Source of the DNA: a virus
Taxonomy: Duplodnaviria > Caudoviricetes
Length of the DNA: 56,301 nt
Virus record (IMG/VR): IMGVR_UViG_3300043409_000379
Coordinates: 1 to 56,301 of that record
Strand: one strand, 5' to 3'
Shown here in pieces: positions 1 through 9,300 of this stretch. Position numbers and translations under genes: made by a program. The notes beneath the pieces were generated by a model that was not told the DNA's origin, ran no database searches, and saw only the letters and a list, made by a program, of their open reading frames with translations. Each line of letters starts with the position of its first letter. Within the stretch, counting starts at the first letter, position 1.

Positions 1-127
1 CCGTGTCATACGACTGCATGACATAATGCAAACGAGGGATCTTCTCATGCTCCCACGGTTGCCACCACTCACGCTTGATAATGGACGAACCGTCGGAGGA
101 CGGTTGTTGGAGGTACTGTGCATTCCA
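1..127. repeat. 127-bp end overlap (copy 1) indicating circular assembly
   Basis: Identical to 56175-56301. Confidence 0.97.
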
Positions 128-949
128 CTGTTGCAGCGGAATCGAAGCCTTGATCTTCTCAAGTTCTTCCAGCTTCCAGTACTCGGGCCACAAAGCCTTG
201 CCGCTGTCCAAGATCGCAGGAAATTCGACCACCTCCCACTGATCAGCCTTTGGGTCCATCGCCGACTGCTTTAACAAACGTGCCGTCAAATCCTTCTCAC
301 CCCACCGGGTCATTACCAGAATAATCGAACCACCCGGCTGAAGACGCTGTCGTGGACCCGATGTGTACCAGTCCCACGCATTTTCAAGAGCAGTAGGTGA
401 CATTGCATCCTGCTCAGAGTGCGGATCATCAACGATGAAAAGATCAGCCCCGCGACCCGCAATCGACCCGCCAACACCAGCCGCATAATATTCCCCACCA
501 TCGTCCGTCTCCCAGCGATACGCCGCTTTACTGTCAGACCTTAACTTAACATCAAAAATGCCTTGGTAATCCGGCATCTCCATAAGGTTCTTCACCTTCC
601 GTCCAAACCTGACAGAAAGATCCGCCGTATGGGTCGCTTGCATAATCTTGAGATCAGGCCGCCTACCAATCATCCACGCCGGAAACAAAAAGCTGGCAAA
701 CTCCGACTTCGTATGCCTCGGAGGCATGTTGATAATCAGACGTTTCAACTCCCCCCTCGCAACTCGCTCCAGCTTCTCTGCAACAATCTTGTGATGCCGC
801 CCAGCAATAAAGGCGGGCCACATTTGCCTTACAAAATCCAAGAAGGAATCCTTTGCCTTCTTCTGAAGTTCCAATTTGGCAGCACGGCTCATCAACTGGG
901 CATACTTCTTCAAAGCATCGTCCGGAATAGCACTCGGTGCTTTTAACAA
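1..949 (-). CDS. terL: Terminase large subunit, N-terminal ATPase part (continues across the circular junction to 55657)
   Basis: Missed by the ORF track because it runs off the window edge. Manual translation from TTG at 949 (GGAGA upstream) gives LKAPSAIPDDALKKYAQ...LKRLIINMPPRHTKSEFASFLFPAWMIG (terminase Walker A region). It is in frame with ORF 55657..56205 via the 127-bp overlap, about 488 aa in total. Confidence 0.95.
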   Translation of the reverse strand, partial: MLKAPSAIPDDALKKYAQLMSRAAKLELQKKAKDSFLDFVRQMWPAFIAGRHHKIVAEKLERVARGELKRLIINMPPRHTKSEFASFLFPAWMIGRRPDLKIMQATHTADLSVRFGRKVKNLMEMPDYQGIFDVKLRSDSKAAYRWETDDGGEYYAAGVGGSIAGRGADLFIVDDPHSEQDAMSPTALENAWDWYTSGPRQRLQPGGSIILVMTRWGEKDLTARLLKQSAMDPKADQWEVVEFPAILDSGKALWPEYWKLEELEKIKASIPLQQWNAQYLQQPSSDGSSIIKREWWQPWEHEKIPRLHYVMQSYDT

Positions 950-984
950 TCGTTGTCTCCAATGTCAGAGGATGGAGGAAGGTG

Positions 985-1788
985 TTACCAGTTCCGCCGA
1001 TTTTTGTTTTTCTCATACGCATGTTGCTGCGCCAACAACTCAAGGCGGTTCAAATACTCAGGGTTGTTTGCAAGATATTTGGAACCGCTTTCCACCAAAG
1101 TACTATTATGGCGACCCTGAGTTTCAATATCTCCGTAATACTTCTGCATCAAAGCACGAACAATATCTTCCTGCTCGCCACTGCCCGCACGTTTAAGATC
1201 CTCGTTTAGTGTGGGGATGCCACCCTTTTCACGAACAAGAGTAGCGTCCTCTTGGTCCTTCTTCCGAATCAACTGCTCAATACCACGGTGCATTGATTCA
1301 TGTGTCATAGTAGACGGGTCGGTGTCCTGTGATCGCAGGACCATTGTCATGTCTATGTCCTTATCCCTCTTGCCTTCTTCAGTAAGAGTGTGAGGGCGGT
1401 ATTTTCCAGCAGTGTCATATCTTATGTTTTCAGGGTTATCAGAGGAAACAATCGCTCTCGAAGGATCAAACCCTATCGCAGCTATCGCAGACCTCTGAGA
1501 TGCAATGTATGACCTCATCATATAATCACGACGATCAGGATCTGATTCCGCTCGCACCTGTTGCAAAACCTTGTTGTGATCATCTCCGCCCTTCATGTTA
1601 TTAAACAAGCGAACAATGTCCTTGCTTGACATGGTTGGAGTCAGCGACTCAATTCCAAGCTGTCTTCCAGAGTTGTCTCCATATGTTGAGTCGTACTTGT
1701 CAGCCATTTGAACGTCTTCAGACGACGGGTAATCCGTACGGGGCTCAACCTCCTTGCTTCCAAAAAGAAAATCCAGAATGCCAGCCAT
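985..1788 (-). CDS. Hypothetical protein with HExxH motif (putative Zn metallopeptidase)
   Basis: 267-aa ORF containing MTHESMHRG, in the HNH-to-terL operon. Confidence 0.55.
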   Translation of the reverse strand: MAGILDFLFGSKEVEPRTDYPSSEDVQMADKYDSTYGDNSGRQLGIESLTPTMSSKDIVRLFNNMKGGDDHNKVLQQVRAESDPDRRDYMMRSYIASQRSAIAAIGFDPSRAIVSSDNPENIRYDTAGKYRPHTLTEEGKRDKDIDMTMVLRSQDTDPSTMTHESMHRGIEQLIRKKDQEDATLVREKGGIPTLNEDLKRAGSGEQEDIVRALMQKYYGDIETQGRHNSTLVESGSKYLANNPEYLNRLELLAQQHAYEKNKNRRNW

Positions 1789-1791
1789 GAT

Positions 1792-2067
1792 TTACTTCTT
1801 CTTATTCCATCCGCGATTTACCGAGCGGGGCATGACACGGAGATTACCCGGAGTGTTGCTGCCGCCCGAGCGCATGGGCTTGATGTGGTCTATATCTTTT
1901 CCGTCGCCCTTTTGCACCAAGCCCGCCTTCTTAAATTTTGTACGGGCCTGATTTCTAAGTGTACGTTTCTTCACGTTCTCTGGTTCAGCGTCATACCCAC
2001 GGATCATCTTCCGGACCTGCGAAGGTGTGCGGTGAGATGAGGGATCTCTGACTTCCTTTTTGGCCAT
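1792..2067 (-). CDS. HNH endonuclease
   Basis: KDIDHIKPMRSGGSNTPGNLRV...NRG HNH motif; first gene of the terL operon. Confidence 0.85.
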   Translation of the reverse strand: MAKKEVRDPSSHRTPSQVRKMIRGYDAEPENVKKRTLRNQARTKFKKAGLVQKGDGKDIDHIKPMRSGGSNTPGNLRVMPRSVNRGWNKKK

Positions 2068-2260
2068 GCCAGAATTCCTGAAATTTTTATAGTATAGGGG
2101 GGTACTGGGACTCCCGACCTCTTTTATATGAAAAGGGGGGTCGGTGCAAGGAGGCGCGTTTCCAACAGGGGTTGGTTTTTGGATATTTTACAAAATGATA
2201 ATTGTATGTGCAAAATCGTAATATACGTGTGTGTGCGGACGGCGGGGGTCGCAGCAGGGG

Positions 2261-2288
2261 GGTCGGAGGTCGGAGATCGAAGGTCGAA
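2261..2288 (+). repeat. Heptamer tandem repeat GGTCGGA-GGTCGGA-GATCGAA-GGTCGAA
   Basis: Read directly; related heptamer runs occur at 6652, 8250 and 20600. Confidence 0.75.
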
Positions 2289-2327
2289 GGCAATCCGGTT
2301 TTCGGCCAAGGGACCCGTTCGGGCGCG

Positions 2328-2407
2328 TGACAGCGCAACAGATCGCGCCTGACAGCGTGACAGATCGCGCCTGACAGCGTGACAGATCGCGCGTGACAGA
2401 TCGCGCC
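2328..2407 (+). repeat. About 3.5 copies of a 22-bp tandem repeat TGACAGCGTGACAGATCGCGCC
   Basis: Read directly in intergenic DNA; contains six co-oriented TGACAG. Confidence 0.9.
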
Positions 2408-2484
2408 GGACCGTCAAAAGATTGTCAATAATAATTGACGATTTTTATTGTAATCACCCTTTGAAACGTGTCATAGTGACGACA

Positions 2485-2503
2485 CCGGAGAACCGTTCTC
2501 CGG
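2485..2503. promoter_or_regulatory. Perfect palindrome CCGGAGAAC-C-GTTCTCCGG upstream of the AAA operon (operator or 5' hairpin)
   Basis: 9-bp inverted repeat about 25 nt before ATG 2529, downstream of an AT-rich stretch at 2420-2475. Confidence 0.45.
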
Positions 2504-2528
2504 ACACCGCCACCAGAAAGGGCATCCA

Positions 2529-3773
2529 ATGATTACTCTAAGCATCACCGAAAGAGCCGCTGTCCGTGCCGCGATCCAGTCTCACCCCGATTGGAAATCA
2601 TATCGACAGGCGAATGGCATTGACGCTTCCGCCCTTGGAACAGCGGGTTGCATTCGCGCCGCCGCCGCTTTGAACATCGACATCCCCGCAACAATCGCAC
2701 ATTTGACAGGAAAGACCGCCGACATGACAGACGCCGCCCCTACCTTGGGAATTGATATCCCCTACACCCTCGACCTCACCGCCGACACCGCCGCGCCGAC
2801 ATCTGACAGCTTGCCACCCCTGACAGGCTTCGATCATGCGACAATTACCCAACTCGACAACGTAGCCGCCGCCATCGGTCACGGGCGCGTGTTCTCCTCG
2901 CTTCTAGATAGCGCGATCACCTACCGCGATGAATACCTAAAAGAACGTGACAGAAAGACCGCACCCGCTTTGACAGTCTCCGCCGGACAGAAAGCCGCAG
3001 GATTTATCCCGCCGACATGGTCAAAGCATTTTTTGACAATGGTAAGTCTCGACAAGATTGTCGCCCTGACAGGACCATCAGGAAACGGAAAGACGACAAG
3101 CGCAAAGGCACTACTTGAACAAACCGACTGGAACGTGATCGAAGTTGACTGCACCGCCGACACCACCGCCGCCGATTTGATAGGCCGGAAGACTTTGACC
3201 GCCGACAGCGGGACAACCACCGTCACCTACGAAAACGGACCAGTTGCACGCGCCTTCAATGCAGACAAAAAAACCGCTGTTCTCTTGAACGAGTGGGATG
3301 CAATCGACCCCCGCGCCGCAATGGCATTTCAATCCGCCTTTGAACCCGCTCAAAACGGATCGCGCCGTATCACACTGCCAGAAACAGGCAGACAGATCGA
3401 AAGCAAAAACACCGTGATTTTTGTTCTTACGATGAACACGCTAGGCAATGGCGCATCGCGTCAATTCCAAGGCCGCAACGCACTCGACGGCGCGAACCGT
3501 GACCGTGTGGAAATCATCACCACCGCCTATGAGCATGACGCCGAACGCTTGACCGCTCACGGTTACACGAAAGAAACCGCCGATTATCTGGCAGAGTGGG
3601 CAAACGAGATCCGCGCGAAGATCGACGGTCAGAACTTGCGCTGTTTTGTTTCCCTTCGCCGCTTAATCACCGCCGCCGATTTAATCGACCGCGCCGGATT
3701 ATCGCGGAGCCGCGCCACCAAACTTGCATTCTTCGACCGCCTTGAAGCGTCCGAACTTGCCGCGATTTCTTGA
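2529..3773 (+). CDS. MoxR/CbbQ/CobS-like AAA+ ATPase
   Basis: Walker A GPSGNGKTT, Walker B-like VLLNEWD, sensor TMNTLGNG...GRNALDGANRDR and VSLRRL. Confidence 0.85.
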   Translation: MITLSITERAAVRAAIQSHPDWKSYRQANGIDASALGTAGCIRAAAALNIDIPATIAHLTGKTADMTDAAPTLGIDIPYTLDLTADTAAPTSDSLPPLTGFDHATITQLDNVAAAIGHGRVFSSLLDSAITYRDEYLKERDRKTAPALTVSAGQKAAGFIPPTWSKHFLTMVSLDKIVALTGPSGNGKTTSAKALLEQTDWNVIEVDCTADTTAADLIGRKTLTADSGTTTVTYENGPVARAFNADKKTAVLLNEWDAIDPRAAMAFQSAFEPAQNGSRRITLPETGRQIESKNTVIFVLTMNTLGNGASRQFQGRNALDGANRDRVEIITTAYEHDAERLTAHGYTKETADYLAEWANEIRAKIDGQNLRCFVSLRRLITAADLIDRAGLSRSRATKLAFFDRLEASELAAIS

Positions 3774-3826
3774 TCCAATCGCCCGGGGGAATTTCCCCAG
3801 GCAATCACTGACAGAAAGCAAAAATC

Positions 3827-4753
3827 ATGAAACTTGTATCACCAATCAAAAAACTATCAGACGGTAGAGCAATCGTTGAAATTGACTACAGCCTTGCCGC
3901 CGCTTTCAACGATAAACCAACCGAAGAATTCCGGTCAAGCAAACGTGGACAGCACTACGAAAACCACCGCATCGCCGCCGCGACCGCAACAATCCCCGCC
4001 GCAACCCGCAACCGCGCCGAGCAGTTGAGCCGTGGACTTGCCGACGATTTCCAAACCTACCGCCGTGACTGGACCACGTTTCAGGATAGCGGCAGACTTG
4101 ATAGCCGCGCCTTCACCCGCGCCCTTGAAGCCGGAATGAACGGGCGCGATCCGCAAGAAACCCGCCCTTTCAAACGCTTGACCACCGTTGCAAAAAACGA
4201 TCCGCCGACCATTGCCATTGTTGCCGATTACGCTTGGAGCCTTCGGAGCGACGACGACACTTACGAAGCGCGAGTTGGAACGCTTGCTTGCTCTATCCTT
4301 TGGGCATGCGAGACCGCCGACCTTCCTTGCACCTTCGCCGCTGTTCGCGGCGATTGGAAAGGCGCAATTCATGGCACCCACTCAGACCGTAAAAGCCTGA
4401 TAGCCGTACTCGCACAACCTTCCCGCCCTTTGACCGCCGCCGCATATGCCGCCGCCGTTGGACGAGATGGACAGGACGCCTTTATATATGCCGCTTGTTA
4501 TGCCGCAACCTTGCCAAGCGCACTAAGCGGAAAGAACGGTTCGCCCGATGGTATATCCATTCTGGGATCGACAAGCGGAGCCGGAGGCATTGCATGGGCG
4601 CGTGAGATTGTTAGCGCGTCCTTCATCATTGCGATTGGCAACTTCGAACACAAAGAACGTGAAGACGCCGACATCCTACTTCCCGCAAACGCCAAGCCCG
4701 AAGATGCTATCGCGCAAATCCGCGCCGCCCTTCAAATCCGAAAGGCGGCTTGA
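3827..4753 (+). CDS. Putative vWA-like (CobT-like) partner of the AAA+ ATPase
   Basis: Immediately downstream of the MoxR-type ATPase. It has SGRLDSRAF followed by a beta-strand TIAIVADYAWS resembling a degenerate MIDAS. Confidence 0.55.
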   Translation: MKLVSPIKKLSDGRAIVEIDYSLAAAFNDKPTEEFRSSKRGQHYENHRIAAATATIPAATRNRAEQLSRGLADDFQTYRRDWTTFQDSGRLDSRAFTRALEAGMNGRDPQETRPFKRLTTVAKNDPPTIAIVADYAWSLRSDDDTYEARVGTLACSILWACETADLPCTFAAVRGDWKGAIHGTHSDRKSLIAVLAQPSRPLTAAAYAAAVGRDGQDAFIYAACYAATLPSALSGKNGSPDGISILGSTSGAGGIAWAREIVSASFIIAIGNFEHKEREDADILLPANAKPEDAIAQIRAALQIRKAA

Positions 4754-4945
4754 ATGTACGAGATCAAACCAGACGGCCCCGCCGCCCTTGTCGTCCTAAA
4801 GCATGGCAACCTTGCCGGACACATTCTAAGAACCCGCCGGACCGCCGCCCGATGGAAGGCATGCACCGTGACCGGACACCTCGCCTACTTTACCACGCTT
4901 GCCGCCGCCGCCGACTTTATCAAATCAAACGCGCCGCCGACCTAG
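4754..4945 (+). CDS. Small hypothetical protein
   Basis: 63 aa, abuts the upstream stop (TGAATG) and is followed by a terminator. Confidence 0.6.
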   Translation: MYEIKPDGPAALVVLKHGNLAGHILRTRRTAARWKACTVTGHLAYFTTLAAAADFIKSNAPPT

Positions 4946-4971
4946 TCACCCGATCACCACCCCAAAGCCCG

Positions 4972-5003
4972 AAGCCTGTCGGATCACCCGACAGGCTTTT
5001 TTT
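4972..5003 (+). terminator. Intrinsic terminator of the AAA operon
   Basis: AAGCCTGTCGG-ATCAC-CCGACAGGCTT stem followed by a T run, at a convergent junction. Confidence 0.8.
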
Positions 5004-5208
5004 CTGTCACCACCACATCGAACCCCAGCGCGTGACAGACCGCCAGAACCGTGGACAGCGTGACAGTTTTTTGCCCGACATCTGTCAGCGTAGCATGTGA
5101 CAGACCAGCACGCCGACAGATTTCCCGTTGCGATACGCCGACCTTTTCCCGCTCATCCCGTACCCACGGACCAAAGTCCGAGGGAGTTATAAATTTACGC
5201 GCTGTCAT
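4984..5208 (-). CDS. Xre/Cro-family HTH transcriptional regulator
   Basis: VRDEREKVGVSQREICRRAGLSHATL...TLSTVLAVCHALG. Confidence 0.85.
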   Translation of the reverse strand: MTARKFITPSDFGPWVRDEREKVGVSQREICRRAGLSHATLTDVGQKTVTLSTVLAVCHALGFDVVVTEKKPVG

Positions 5209-5666
5209 TATGTGCCTTCCTTGATCCGAGGTTGGTTGGAATTCAACTCGCTCTTTGCATCTACTAAATCCATGTTCGAGCCTACGTGGTCCAATAACCT
5301 CTGCCAGTTGACAGGGTACGATAATATCAGGTCAGGTTTGACAGCGTTTCCAAGGTGTAATTCAAAGACTTTTGACGCTCCATATATTTTGCAGCATTGC
5401 AAGGAAGGGTGGCTTACCAAGTTAAATACGTTTGCAAAAATGCAAGCCCTTTTCATTTGCCATGCAATTTGTTGGGGTCTCCACAGTCCTTTGGTCTGAT
5501 ACCTGTTGGTTTTGCATGCCTTGAGTTCAATCCAGAATTCACCCTTGTCAGTACAACCATTCAAATCGGGAACCCCGCTCCCAACACGGGCTTCGATGCG
5601 CGTCCAATGGACCTTATCGGACGTGGCTTTCTTGATAGACTGCCAGATCGCGGTTTCAGTCTTCAT
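5208..5666 (-). CDS. PD-(D/E)xK nuclease, putative Holliday junction resolvase
   Basis: RIEARVGSGVPDL...FWIELK motif. Confidence 0.75.
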   Translation of the reverse strand: MKTETAIWQSIKKATSDKVHWTRIEARVGSGVPDLNGCTDKGEFWIELKACKTNRYQTKGLWRPQQIAWQMKRACIFANVFNLVSHPSLQCCKIYGASKVFELHLGNAVKPDLILSYPVNWQRLLDHVGSNMDLVDAKSELNSNQPRIKEGT

Positions 5667-6246
5667 CTCTTAAATCCATGTCCGAGCCCTCGGTCGTGTC
5701 ATCCAGATCATCTTCGACAACAAGTGCTTTCATGTCGATAGTAGGCATCGTGGTATTTGCCAGAACAGGGAACTCAGCTTGGAGCCTTCGTATCTCTGAC
5801 AGCACTTCGTCTCGCGACATCTGGTCGATCTTTCCAACAAGGATTTCCGATCTGGTAATGTACAGCCCCGCAGCCTGACCTCTGGCCTTCTCCGCCGCGA
5901 CAGCAGCAGTGAAGTTCTTGCCGTCCAGTGCCAAGTCCCTGATCTGGGCCATCCGCATTACATGGTTCTCAAAAGTCACCTCGTATTTCTGTGCCAGTTC
6001 TTCCTTGATCTCTTGCACACGCTTCAAAACAAGCGGGAACCTCTTGCCAGACATGAAGTGAGAGGCAGCATTGCCGGGGTCTTTGTATCCTGCCAGACGT
6101 GCAGCCTCGGTCTGCGTGACATCCTCGGTCGCATAAATCTTTGCAAACTTTTCCTGTCGGTCTGTCAGTCCGAGTTCCAGTCTTGGGGCAACAATCACCC
6201 TCAATGAGTTCGTAGGGACCTTATGAGTTTTCTTTCCACGGGGCAT
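5656..6246 (-). CDS. terS: Terminase small subunit
   Basis: LTDRQEKFAKIY...QTEAARLAGY N-terminal HTH typical of TerS, plus AAVAAEKARGQAAGLY. Confidence 0.8.
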   Translation of the reverse strand: MPRGKKTHKVPTNSLRVIVAPRLELGLTDRQEKFAKIYATEDVTQTEAARLAGYKDPGNAASHFMSGKRFPLVLKRVQEIKEELAQKYEVTFENHVMRMAQIRDLALDGKNFTAAVAAEKARGQAAGLYITRSEILVGKIDQMSRDEVLSEIRRLQAEFPVLANTTMPTIDMKALVVEDDLDDTTEGSDMDLRDED

Positions 6247-6339
6247 ATCACATCTCCTTGCCCTTATACCTAGTCAAGTTCTGTTGACACATCAAGACGG
6301 TCCACCCAGTTTCCCTATAAGAAAGTGACACTTATCAAG

Positions 6340-6650
6340 CTAAGTGATTGATAATATTGAGTATAGCCCTATATCCCCCGTTTGGAGATCGTTTTTCCAA
6401 AAATAATTCTACAACCGGAGCCCTCTAAGACTAAGTGCTAAGTCATTGAATATATTGATATAACTGAAATAAAACTGTAAGTCATTGAATATATTGATAT
6501 AATCCATATAGGGGTATTTTAAAAATAAAATATGCGAAAAAAACACGATTTTGCCCAAAAGTGCTGATATCGACTATATCAATATATTCAATGACTTACA
6601 ATTATATCCCGACTATATCTCCCTTCCTTATAGAGAAACCCCTATATTTC
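6340..6650. promoter_or_regulatory. AT-rich region with 24-bp direct and inverted repeats and IHF-like sites (candidate origin or packaging control region)
   Basis: TAAGTCATTGAATATATTGATATA at 6439-6462 and 6478-6501, inverted copy at about 6575-6599, degenerate copy at 6341-6360. It lies at a divergent transcription switch. Confidence 0.7.
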
Positions 6651-6788
6651 TGGACCAAGGACGGAGGACGACCCTCCCCAAACCCACCCCCTAAAATAAT
6701 CCGTCAACCCCGCTTGACACCACTTCCCACACCTGTTACACCTATATCCACGGTCAGATGACCGCGAACCTTTATCACTGGAGAAAGT

Positions 6789-7037
6789 GTGATGACTGAA
6801 GATAGAATTTTCGAAGATTGCGCCCGTCTTGAGGACGAACTCAAACTTTGCGTGTTGTCTTATCTGGAAAAGAGCAAGACGGACAACGGCGAGAAACTCA
6901 TTGTTCTCCAAGCGACTGTTCTCAGCTTTTACGTGAACCTGTTGACCAAGGCGGGGCATGACCCTGACGAAATCATGCAGATCACGAAGCAGGGCATCAT
7001 GGCGGTACGCGAAGACCGCAAGAGGAGCGCGGCATGA
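6789..7037 (+). CDS. Hypothetical protein
   Basis: GGAGA RBS; first gene of the rightward small-gene operon. Confidence 0.75.
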   Translation: MMTEDRIFEDCARLEDELKLCVLSYLEKSKTDNGEKLIVLQATVLSFYVNLLTKAGHDPDEIMQITKQGIMAVREDRKRSAA

Positions 7038-7252
7038 CCCCGAACGTACAAACTTTATCGGATGTTGCTGTGTTCGCCATGAACGAGACTGACCTTTTGG
7101 AAGAGGAATGGCTTTCGGAGTGGGATGTTTGGCTTGGATATGAAGGTTACTCTGTTAACCTGTTCTTCAATGGCGAAGGCTCACCCCAAGCAACAATGTA
7201 TTCGTCAACAGAAGACGGCATTAACTTTGATTCCGCTATCGAACTTTTTTAA
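7034..7252 (+). CDS. Hypothetical protein
   Basis: ATGA overlap with the previous gene; AGGAG RBS. Confidence 0.7.
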   Translation: MTPNVQTLSDVAVFAMNETDLLEEEWLSEWDVWLGYEGYSVNLFFNGEGSPQATMYSSTEDGINFDSAIELF

Positions 7253-7266
7253 GACAGGAGAGCATC

Positions 7267-7506
7267 ATGACTGAACGTGGCGATGAGAAATCAGCATTGG
7301 TCGGCGACAACGACCACTTTGTAAAAGTGCGGGTGACAGGGTATGTCACCTACCGCTTCCAGAACAACATGACGAGGGCAGAGTTTGAGAGTTGGGCGGA
7401 GGTCAACCTTGACCGTTTCGACCAGATGACAAATCGGTCCCTTGATCGCATCAACTACCACATTGTAGAACTCGAAACCCGCCAACTAAAGCGCAAGCAA
7501 GCATAG
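7267..7506 (+). CDS. Hypothetical protein
   Basis: AGGAG RBS, co-directional with neighbours. Confidence 0.7.
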   Translation: MTERGDEKSALVGDNDHFVKVRVTGYVTYRFQNNMTRAEFESWAEVNLDRFDQMTNRSLDRINYHIVELETRQLKRKQA

Positions 7507-7520
7507 AAAGGCCCCGTGTT

Positions 7521-7847
7521 ATGGCAAAGTTTGCAACAGGCACCATTAACTACGAGTTTGACGACCTCCCGATCTACATCTTGAAGGCGGACGGCACGAA
7601 GCAATACCGACTTGTGGAAGGGGAAGCCGAGATCAACTACTCGGCCTCCACCTACCAAGACGAGGCTTCTGGTGAAGCGTGGGAAATTGACTACACGATT
7701 GACGGTCTGTCCTGTCTTTCCATGACCGATTACGCATTTGATCAGGTGGCGGACATAGTAGACCACCACCTCCCCCTTGTACTCGAAGCACTTGATCTCA
7801 AAACATTTGACATTGAGTGCCAGATTTTGGAAGAAATAGAAGATTGA
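7521..7847 (+). CDS. Acidic hypothetical protein
   Basis: GAAAGG RBS; strongly D/E-rich, 108 aa. Confidence 0.7.
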   Translation: MAKFATGTINYEFDDLPIYILKADGTKQYRLVEGEAEINYSASTYQDEASGEAWEIDYTIDGLSCLSMTDYAFDQVADIVDHHLPLVLEALDLKTFDIECQILEEIED

Positions 7848-7868
7848 CACTGTGAAAGGACTATCAAA

Positions 7869-8234
7869 ATGCACATCTTGAAAAAGATTACTCAAGACGA
7901 ATATGACGGCTCTGATACCCCAACGAAAGAGTTTCTCAAGGAAGAGGTCGCCTTACAGGAAGACATTATCAATGAGTTTAGCAGGATTGCCAGTTTGATT
8001 GTCGAAGCGCATCCCGAGAACCACCCTCATCAGACAATGGCAAGCATTCTGTCAGCGGGGACGCAGTTTATTATCAAGTCCGCGTACTTTGCAACCATTC
8101 CAAAAGAAGTCGTCCATCAGATGTGTGATCAGATCATCGAAGACACATACAAAAGCACGAAGGAGCGCGACGACCTCATTGAAAAGGTCAAAGCGCACAT
8201 AGAGGGGATCGCAAAGAAGGCGACGAAGCATTGA
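7869..8234 (+). CDS. Hypothetical protein
   Basis: AAAGGA RBS, 121 aa. Confidence 0.7.
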   Translation: MHILKKITQDEYDGSDTPTKEFLKEEVALQEDIINEFSRIASLIVEAHPENHPHQTMASILSAGTQFIIKSAYFATIPKEVVHQMCDQIIEDTYKSTKERDDLIEKVKAHIEGIAKKATKH

Positions 8235-8376
8235 AACGCTTCTGGCAGAGGACGGAGGTCAAAGGTCGGAGATCAATCAACCTCCCTCCTGTGACCATCC
8301 ACCTATCCCTTCCCACCACCTCCCTTTACCTTTGCATCAACGACAAAGTAATCCTGTCATTAAAGAAAGAAATCCG

Positions 8377-8844
8377 ATGACACTCCAGTTTAACACCAAG
8401 GAAGAATTAACCACCCACTACACCAGTCTTCGGATGAAGTTCCGAAACCCTCCCGAAACAGTCCGACCAATTCTAAGGGTCGTGGACGGCCCTCCATCCA
8501 TTTCTGGTAGGGTAGGTGCCGACAGCCCCGTCTTGGATGACAGCGCACCCTCCCTGCTCGACCTAGAGATACGCCGCCGCCACGAACTCCTCGACGGTTG
8601 CATTCTCTCCCGCCCTCGTAAACTTGTCGTGCTTCCTGTCTTGGAAGAGATCGGCATGGGATGGAAGCATTTGTTCAACGGAACGAGGAAGCCGGATATT
8701 GTCAGAAAGCGTTGGTTGGTATTCCGCGCACTTCGGGATGACGGCATGAGTTTACCGCAGATTGGTCGGGCTTGCGGTAACATGGACCATTCGACCGTTT
8801 TCCACGGCCTTAAGGGCTTAGAAAAAAGCCTATCCTGCTCTTAA
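8377..8844 (+). CDS. Protein with DnaA C-terminal (domain IV)-like HTH
   Basis: C-terminal MSLPQIGRACGNMDHSTVFHG matches the DnaA signature SLPxIGxxFGxRDHTTVxH. No AAA domain. Start placed at ATG 8377. Confidence 0.75.
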   Translation: MTLQFNTKEELTTHYTSLRMKFRNPPETVRPILRVVDGPPSISGRVGADSPVLDDSAPSLLDLEIRRRHELLDGCILSRPRKLVVLPVLEEIGMGWKHLFNGTRKPDIVRKRWLVFRALRDDGMSLPQIGRACGNMDHSTVFHGLKGLEKSLSCS

Positions 8845-8869
8845 GTCCACATTGTAACTGAAAAGGAAA

Positions 8870-9298
8870 TTGAAGATGATTGTAGAAAATATTCTAACGG
8901 AAAGACAAGAGACGCATGGCACCTATCAGGAAGTTGCCAGTATCGCGCAGTTGTTCCGCGAGATCATGCGTGGAACGGACGGTTGGCAAAGGATGAACGA
9001 CGCACAGCGTGAGGCCTTGGACAGCATGGCGTCGAAGTTTGGTCGCCTTGGTTCTGGCAACCCGCACTTCCGCGATCATTGGGACGATCTGGCAGGGTAC
9101 GCTGCGCTTGCATCCATGCACTGCGATAGCAACAACTGTACGGTGCAACAGGACATCGCCAAGGTTGTCGAGCAGATCAAGGTCGGAGGAGAGCCGACAG
9201 GTGTTGACGAAGACGGAGAGAGGTTTCCGGAAGTCGCAACGCTTCCGAAAACTGGCAAGAAGGGTTTCTTTAGTGCCAAGAAAGATGAAGGAGAATAG
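8870..9298 (+). CDS. Conserved phage protein (DUF6378-like)
   Basis: [10 protein letters not shown]...[18 protein letters not shown] motif. Confidence 0.7.
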   Translation: MKMIVENILTERQETHGTYQEVASIAQLFREIMRGTDGWQRMNDAQREALDSMASKFGRLGSGNPHFRDHWDDLAGYAALASMHCDSNNCTVQQDIAKVVEQIKVGGEPTGVDEDGERFPEVATLPKTGKKGFFSAKKDEGE

Positions 9299-9300
9299 AC

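Noticed and set aside
2328-2407. Mini-CRISPR array
   Set aside because: The units are head-to-tail with no unique spacers.
2529-3773. cobS as a cobalamin auxiliary metabolic gene
   Set aside because: Only generic MoxR-type AAA+ motifs are present, with no cobN or other cobalamin genes.
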